Shown one piece after another: positions 59,569-64,000 of a stretch of 64,000 nt of DNA. Each line of letters begins with the position of its first letter. Within the stretch, counting starts at the first letter, position 1. A model generated the notes under the pieces. The model did no database searches. It saw only the letters and a program-made list of their open reading frames with translations, and was not told the DNA's origin. Made by a program: the position numbers and the translations under genes. Source of the stretch: Nitrosopumilus sp. (GTDB taxonomy: Archaea; Thermoproteota; Nitrososphaeria; Nitrososphaerales; Nitrosopumilaceae); the NCBI GenBank assembly GCA_965238275.1, contig OZ250186.1, positions 1,472,001 through 1,536,000 on the forward strand. Direction: 5' to 3'.

Positions 59569-59949
59569 TCAGCCCTCGGCATTTCTTCGGGTGAGCTCGG
59601 CAATATACCCCTCATACTCTGCCATCTCCTGCTTGAATGAACCGTATACCCAACTGTCAGGATCCTCAAGGCAGCCAAGATCGTTCATCTCCCCTTCAAT
59701 CATCATGATTCTTGCCTGAAGTTCCTGCAGTCTTGGTGCGTCGGCAGGATCGTCTGGCTGCAGGTTGTCGCCTGCCACTTCGACTAGTATGTCGGCACTC
59801 TGGCGTACCAGGCTTCGGCAGCTGTCCACCACCTGGGAATCCAATGGCGCAGGGCGGCTCTGCTGCATGTCCAGATACGCGTAAAGCGTTATGGTCAGTA
59901 TGGCCAGCGCCACCACCCCGGATGCAACCATCCTGCTGAGCCTATCCAT
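59569..59949 (-). CDS. Hypothetical membrane-anchored protein
   Basis: N-terminal TM helix, helical body with two Cys. Confidence 0.6.
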   Translation of the reverse strand: MDRLSRMVASGVVALAILTITLYAYLDMQQSRPAPLDSQVVDSCRSLVRQSADILVEVAGDNLQPDDPADAPRLQELQARIMMIEGEMNDLGCLEDPDSWVYGSFKQEMAEYEGYIAELTRRNAEG

Positions 59950-59952
59950 GCG

Positions 59953-60327
59953 TCATGCGACCTTTTGAACCTTCCAATCCGCACCAACCCAGACTCCTAT
60001 GACCTGTATGTCATACCCCCACGATCCTACGATGGACACGTCCTCCTTGATCTGGGCAAGCTGCTCCTCGTCAGATACCGGATTGCCTGCACAGTCATGA
60101 TGGCCGGAAATGACTATCAGTCTTGACTGGTGCGCATTGATTGAGATCTCGGCCTTTCTCATTATGGATTCCAGGTTTTGATGGTGTGATATTACGCTGT
60201 CTACGCCGGGTTCGGTGATTGTATCGACAAAGTCCACCGGATAATTTTCCTTGATCCAGTGTATGATTGGCAGCTGGATGCGTCCGTCCATGCAGCTGAT
60301 CGACGTTGCAAATCTTCCTTCAGGCAT
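59953..60327 (-). CDS. Putative beta-type carbonic anhydrase
   Basis: CMDGR and HHDCAG Zn ligands. Confidence 0.75.
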   Translation of the reverse strand: MPEGRFATSISCMDGRIQLPIIHWIKENYPVDFVDTITEPGVDSVISHHQNLESIMRKAEISINAHQSRLIVISGHHDCAGNPVSDEEQLAQIKEDVSIVGSWGYDIQVIGVWVGADWKVQKVA

Positions 60328-60355
60328 ACATGATGCAGGCAGCCTACCAATAAAA

Positions 60356-60910
60356 TCATTTTTGATGCATGAAGCAGCCCTCGGTATGGTCATTTACCAT
60401 GCCTGTTGCCTGCATCATGGCATAGCATATTGTGGGTCCCACAAAAGTGAATCCGCGCCTCCTGAGATCACGGCTTAGCGCCTCTGATGTTTCCGTGTAT
60501 GCCGGAATGTCTGAGGGTTTTTTGAATCTGTTTAGTATTGGCTTGTGCCTGACAAACCCCCACAGGTACCTGTCAAAAGAGCCAAACTCGGACTGTACCT
60601 TGAGAAACTGCCGGGCATTGTTGATGGCAGAAGTGATTTTAAGCCTGTTCCTGATTATGGACTTGTCCTGAAGCAGCCTTTGGATGTCTTTTTGGGCGTA
60701 CCTTGAGACAGACGGGGCATCAAAGTCAGAAAATGCCGTCCTGTAGCCCTCCCGGCGTTTGAGAATCGTAACCCATGACAGGCCCGCCTGCGCACCCTCC
60801 AACACGAGAAACTCAAACAGCTTTTGGTCGTCGTGCTGCGGTATTCCCCATTCGGCATCGTGGTATGTCGTGTTTGGCTCCTCGCATGCCCAGCTGCACC
60901 TGCTTACCAT
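60356..60910 (-). CDS. tag: DNA-3-methyladenine glycosylase I
   Basis: RCSW, YHDAEWG, QAGLSW, IIRNRLKI, GMVNDH..GC. Confidence 0.94.
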   Translation of the reverse strand: MVSRCSWACEEPNTTYHDAEWGIPQHDDQKLFEFLVLEGAQAGLSWVTILKRREGYRTAFSDFDAPSVSRYAQKDIQRLLQDKSIIRNRLKITSAINNARQFLKVQSEFGSFDRYLWGFVRHKPILNRFKKPSDIPAYTETSEALSRDLRRRGFTFVGPTICYAMMQATGMVNDHTEGCFMHQK

Positions 60911-60952
60911 GATGGATTCTGGCACCCGTACGGGATATTAGTTACACCTTGC

Positions 60953-61315
60953 CTAGTCAAGATTCTTGTAATAGAGACTTATGACCTTGTCTACTACCGT
61001 GTTTGTGTCGCAGTCCTTTTCGGTGCTTACGAGAAGCAGGCGGTCATCTCCCAGGTAGAACGAAAAGCGCTTGACCTTGTCATACTCGGCCATGGTGTAT
61101 TTTGTCTTGCCAAGCCATTTTGCCATGTCCTTGCGGGACTTCCAATCGAGGGTGGCGAGGTTGACCAGCTCGCTTTCTGAGCGCTCCGAAAGCAGGTTTT
61201 CCACGCCGTCCCTCATGCCGCCTCCCAGGCGAACGGCCCACTCGTCATATGCGGTGGCAAACCGAATCTTGGATTCCGCATCCAGAATCTGCGAGCAGTA
61301 TTTCTCGTAATCCAA
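60953..61315 (-). CDS. DUF6659/roadblock-like thaumarchaeal protein
   Basis: KIRFA...GGMRDG...LGKTKY..AEYDKVKR. Confidence 0.75.
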   Translation of the reverse strand: MDYEKYCSQILDAESKIRFATAYDEWAVRLGGGMRDGVENLLSERSESELVNLATLDWKSRKDMAKWLGKTKYTMAEYDKVKRFSFYLGDDRLLLVSTEKDCDTNTVVDKVISLYYKNLD

Positions 61316-61364
61316 TGAGAATTCTACGTACGGGGGGGTATTAGAGTTTTAAAATTTGGATAAA

Positions 61365-61439
61365 CGGACCCGACCGGATTTGAACCGGCGACCTAACGCT
61401 CCGCAAGCGTTCGCACTATCCAAGCTATGCAACGAGTCC
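61365..61439 (-). tRNA. tRNA-Arg(GCG)
   Basis: Acceptor GGACTCG/CGGGTCC, anticodon arm AACGC-TT GCG GA-GCGTT, TTCAAAT loop. Confidence 0.95.
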
Positions 61440-61461
61440 GAATAGTGTGCATGGTTTGTGT

Positions 61462-62304
61462 TTAATTTGGATTGCTATTGACCAAAGTGCGCGCAAACAC
61501 GTATGGCGTGTCGTCTGGCTCGTCAAACGTCCATGCCGTGGGCAGGGAGATGGTCCGGATCAGTTCGAGGCCGTTTTCGTCAATGAATGTGCCCCACCCG
61601 GCCTCGTTTTTGGGATCCGGCCGGTACTTTTGGGAGCATGTCCCTGCAAACACCCATCCTGCATCCACACGACCAGGCATCCCCCTCATCACCCCGGCGG
61701 CAAGATCACTTCCGCCCATCTGCGCAAGTCCGCCGATAAAGAATGCGGGCCTCTCCAGATCCAGTGCCGAGTAGTCAAAGGATGCAGCATCCGAGCAGAA
61801 TGGATGAAAGTCAAGTATGTCCGAGGGACTATTCTGTATTCCGACTAACATCTCATCGACATCTATGCTGTAGGATTCCATGCCTGCAACCCTGCCGCAG
61901 AACGCTATCCTGCCATCCCCGGACCCGACATCAACCACCTGGCCGTAGCCAAGTTCCCTTACAAACAGCGAGCCTACGTATGCAGACATCATCCATGTAG
62001 GGGAGAACGGGGCGTGACTGGAGTCGTGCTGAATGCTGTTGAGCCAGTACCTGTTGATGTCCCCCTCATAGACAGTGCACGGGGTATCCCCGACTGTCTT
62101 TTCAAACGAGTTGTAATAGATTGGATTGCTCCCGGCGAATCGGTGCAGTAATTCCAGATCATGGCTGCCCATTGGAAACCGTTCGGATTTTGATGTCGGG
62201 ATGACCTCTTGGATGTGGCCTGCCCCGTCATACTCCTCTGCAAACTCTCTTTTTAGAACTGCAAGGTTCTTTGCAAGATGATCAACTAGACAGTCCCTTC
62301 TCAT
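61462..62304 (-). CDS. Putative SAM-dependent methyltransferase-fold protein
   Basis: VVDVGSGDGR motif I, SIDVD. Confidence 0.7.
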   Translation of the reverse strand: MRRDCLVDHLAKNLAVLKREFAEEYDGAGHIQEVIPTSKSERFPMGSHDLELLHRFAGSNPIYYNSFEKTVGDTPCTVYEGDINRYWLNSIQHDSSHAPFSPTWMMSAYVGSLFVRELGYGQVVDVGSGDGRIAFCGRVAGMESYSIDVDEMLVGIQNSPSDILDFHPFCSDAASFDYSALDLERPAFFIGGLAQMGGSDLAAGVMRGMPGRVDAGWVFAGTCSQKYRPDPKNEAGWGTFIDENGLELIRTISLPTAWTFDEPDDTPYVFARTLVNSNPN

Positions 62305-62698
62305 ACTGTCCTACAAACTCCCGGGTGCTCATCATTTGACGCAGATTCTCGTACGCTGCGGACATGTCAGTATTGTTCCCCGTATCCTGGGACTGAAGGT
62401 TGTTGGTGGATTCGGTGATCAGGTCGGCAAGGTTTGCCTGAATTCTGGGATGGATGTCAGAATTGAACCTCTCAGAAATTATTGATTCGGCATGGGTGAT
62501 CATGTCCAGCAGCTGCCTGTGTTTGTCGGGGTCAATCTGCTGCCTGAGCATGAGGGCCATTGAGGATACGTTGATGACCTGATAGTAGATCTCCACAATC
62601 TCAGAAACAGGCAGGTCGGTGACCGCTGCGTTGCTGATCAGGCCTTCCAGCTTGTCCGATTCTGCATGAAACATTCTAGAGACATCTTCGTGATTCAT
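62282..62698 (-). CDS. Hypothetical helical protein
   Basis: ORF overlapping the start of the next gene in an apparent operon. Confidence 0.6.
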   Translation of the reverse strand: MNHEDVSRMFHAESDKLEGLISNAAVTDLPVSEIVEIYYQVINVSSMALMLRQQIDPDKHRQLLDMITHAESIISERFNSDIHPRIQANLADLITESTNNLQSQDTGNNTDMSAAYENLRQMMSTREFVGQYEKGLSS

Positions 62699-62741
62699 GC
62701 TGCCAGGCACCCAGAAATTGTTAAAAACGTTGGCATCCGGG

Positions 62742-63446
62742 CTATGCTTCCTTTTCTGCTGGCTTGACAAAGACGTAGTTCATTATCAGGCCCGCTATGA
62801 TTCCGCCCAGGATTGGCGCTGCCCAGTACAGCCAGTGAAATTCCCAGAATCCTGAGATCAGTGCAGGACCAAACGTCCTTGCGGGGTTTACCGATGCGCC
62901 AGTCAGCGGAACTGCAATCAGGTGAATAAGGAACACCATTCCGCCTATGGTGATTCCGTGCAGGCCCGGCGATGCCTTCTTGTGGACTGCGCTCATAAAG
63001 ATTACAGTCACCAGGAAGAATGTCAGTATCGCCTCTACTGCGAATCCGGATGCGATGCTGCCGTTGATCAGTTCGCTTGGGCCGCCCTGCGTTCCAAAGT
63101 TGACTTTGGCGCCAAGCTCCGGCAGGATCGCCATGAGGGTGGCCGCTGCGGCTACTGCGCCAACCAGCTGTGAGGCGATGTAGCCGATTCCGTCGGCGAT
63201 CCCGATTCGCCTGGTAATCATCATGGGTATTGTAACTGCCGGATTGATGTGTGCTCCAGAGACGTGTCCAAACGCATAGATCATCAGGGCAATGGCCCCT
63301 CCGTGCCCAAGGGATATGAACAGTACAGACTGCGTAGTTAACTCCTCGCCAAAGGATGCAATTGCAAGTATGACTGAAAGCGGGCCAAAGAACACCAGCC
63401 CGTAAGTTGAGATTGCCTCTGCAAGATAGGCCCTTGGGTTAACCAT
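62742..63446 (-). CDS. Aquaporin (MIP family)
   Basis: SGAHINPAVT and VNPARTFG. Confidence 0.96.
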   Translation of the reverse strand: MVNPRAYLAEAISTYGLVFFGPLSVILAIASFGEELTTQSVLFISLGHGGAIALMIYAFGHVSGAHINPAVTIPMMITRRIGIADGIGYIASQLVGAVAAAATLMAILPELGAKVNFGTQGGPSELINGSIASGFAVEAILTFFLVTVIFMSAVHKKASPGLHGITIGGMVFLIHLIAVPLTGASVNPARTFGPALISGFWEFHWLYWAAPILGGIIAGLIMNYVFVKPAEKEA

Positions 63447-63639
63447 CAGAATGTAATCGCTTCAAGTTTCCATATAAAAGATTCGAATAATGTGGGATGC
63501 CCATATTTTTGGCCAGAATCACCGCAGGGACGGTAATCCGGGCGCCTGGCAGATTCAATGGGTGGCATGAGGTATTTTTGCATAAAACACGGCACAGACC
63601 ATCAAAAGGTAATTATTTGTGGGGCCGGTGCCCTACCAC

Positions 63640-64000
63640 ATGGTTTCTGAAGGAGACACGGTTCCTGAATTTGAGCTGAATGATGCAGACGGCAACGCCG
63701 TCAAATCTACAGATCTGAACGGAAGAAAACACGTAATCTACTTTTATCCGAAGGACTTTACTCCCGGGTGTACGACCCAGGCCGACGAGTTTTCAAGAGA
63801 TTATGAACTGTTCCGGAAAGAGGGAATTGACATAATTGGAATCAGCCCGGATGATACAAAATCCCACAAAAAATTCTGTGACAAGAGGGGAATCCGGTAT
63901 ACGCTCCTGTCGGATGTCGAAAAGGAGGTCTCAACCAGGTTTGGCGTATGGGGCAAGAAGAAGTTTATGGGCAGGGAGTACATGGGGGTGATGAGAAGCA
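63640..64000 (+). CDS. bcp: Peroxiredoxin BCP/PrxQ (partial, runs off the window)
   Basis: MVSEGDTVPEF...YFYPKDFTPGCTTQADEF, translated by hand. Confidence 0.9.
   Translation, partial: MVSEGDTVPEFELNDADGNAVKSTDLNGRKHVIYFYPKDFTPGCTTQADEFSRDYELFRKEGIDIIGISPDDTKSHKKFCDKRGIRYTLLSDVEKEVSTRFGVWGKKKFMGREYMGVMRS

Overview
Mostly core chromosome of an ammonia-oxidising archaeon (Nitrososphaerota/Thaumarchaeota, Nitrosopumilaceae-like). The assignment rests on a CFI-box-CTERM surface protein, DUF6659 paralogs, archaeal TBP, class I LysRS, Elp3, PINA ATPase, Tsr3 and CofG/CofH. The GC-rich codon usage, many slippage repeats and large accessory surface proteins suggest a host-associated (e.g. sponge-symbiont) lineage, but that is inference. 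Housekeeping content: aspS, an oligopeptide ABC ATPase and binding protein, three base-excision glycosylases, tldD/tldE, a DtxR regulator, S8 and HtrA proteases, map, tbp, purM, ferritin, lysS, elp3, a Na+/H+ antiporter, a carbonic anhydrase, an aquaporin, partial bcp, tRNA-Pro(TGG) and tRNA-Arg(GCG). Accessory content: (i) a 1-3.7 kb island in which a complete IS5-family element splits a GNAT toxin of a TacAT-like module that also carries an amber stop, followed by a 120-bp MITE and an orphan PIN nuclease; (ii) an insert at 31.5-32.5 kb with a shortened solute-binding protein and a second MITE; (iii) a 1.4-kaa AT-rich beta-propeller/Ig surface protein; (iv) a Fic gene. I found no clearly complete new multi-gene system. 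The best unexplained signals are a ~146-nt highly structured candidate ncRNA upstream of tbp, near-identical CAY-triplet tracts directly downstream of both aminoacyl-tRNA synthetase genes (His8 in frame behind the aspS stop), a TIR signature shared by the IS and both MITEs, and several unannotated Cys/His-rich microproteins. All calls are by eye; no searches or folding programs were run.
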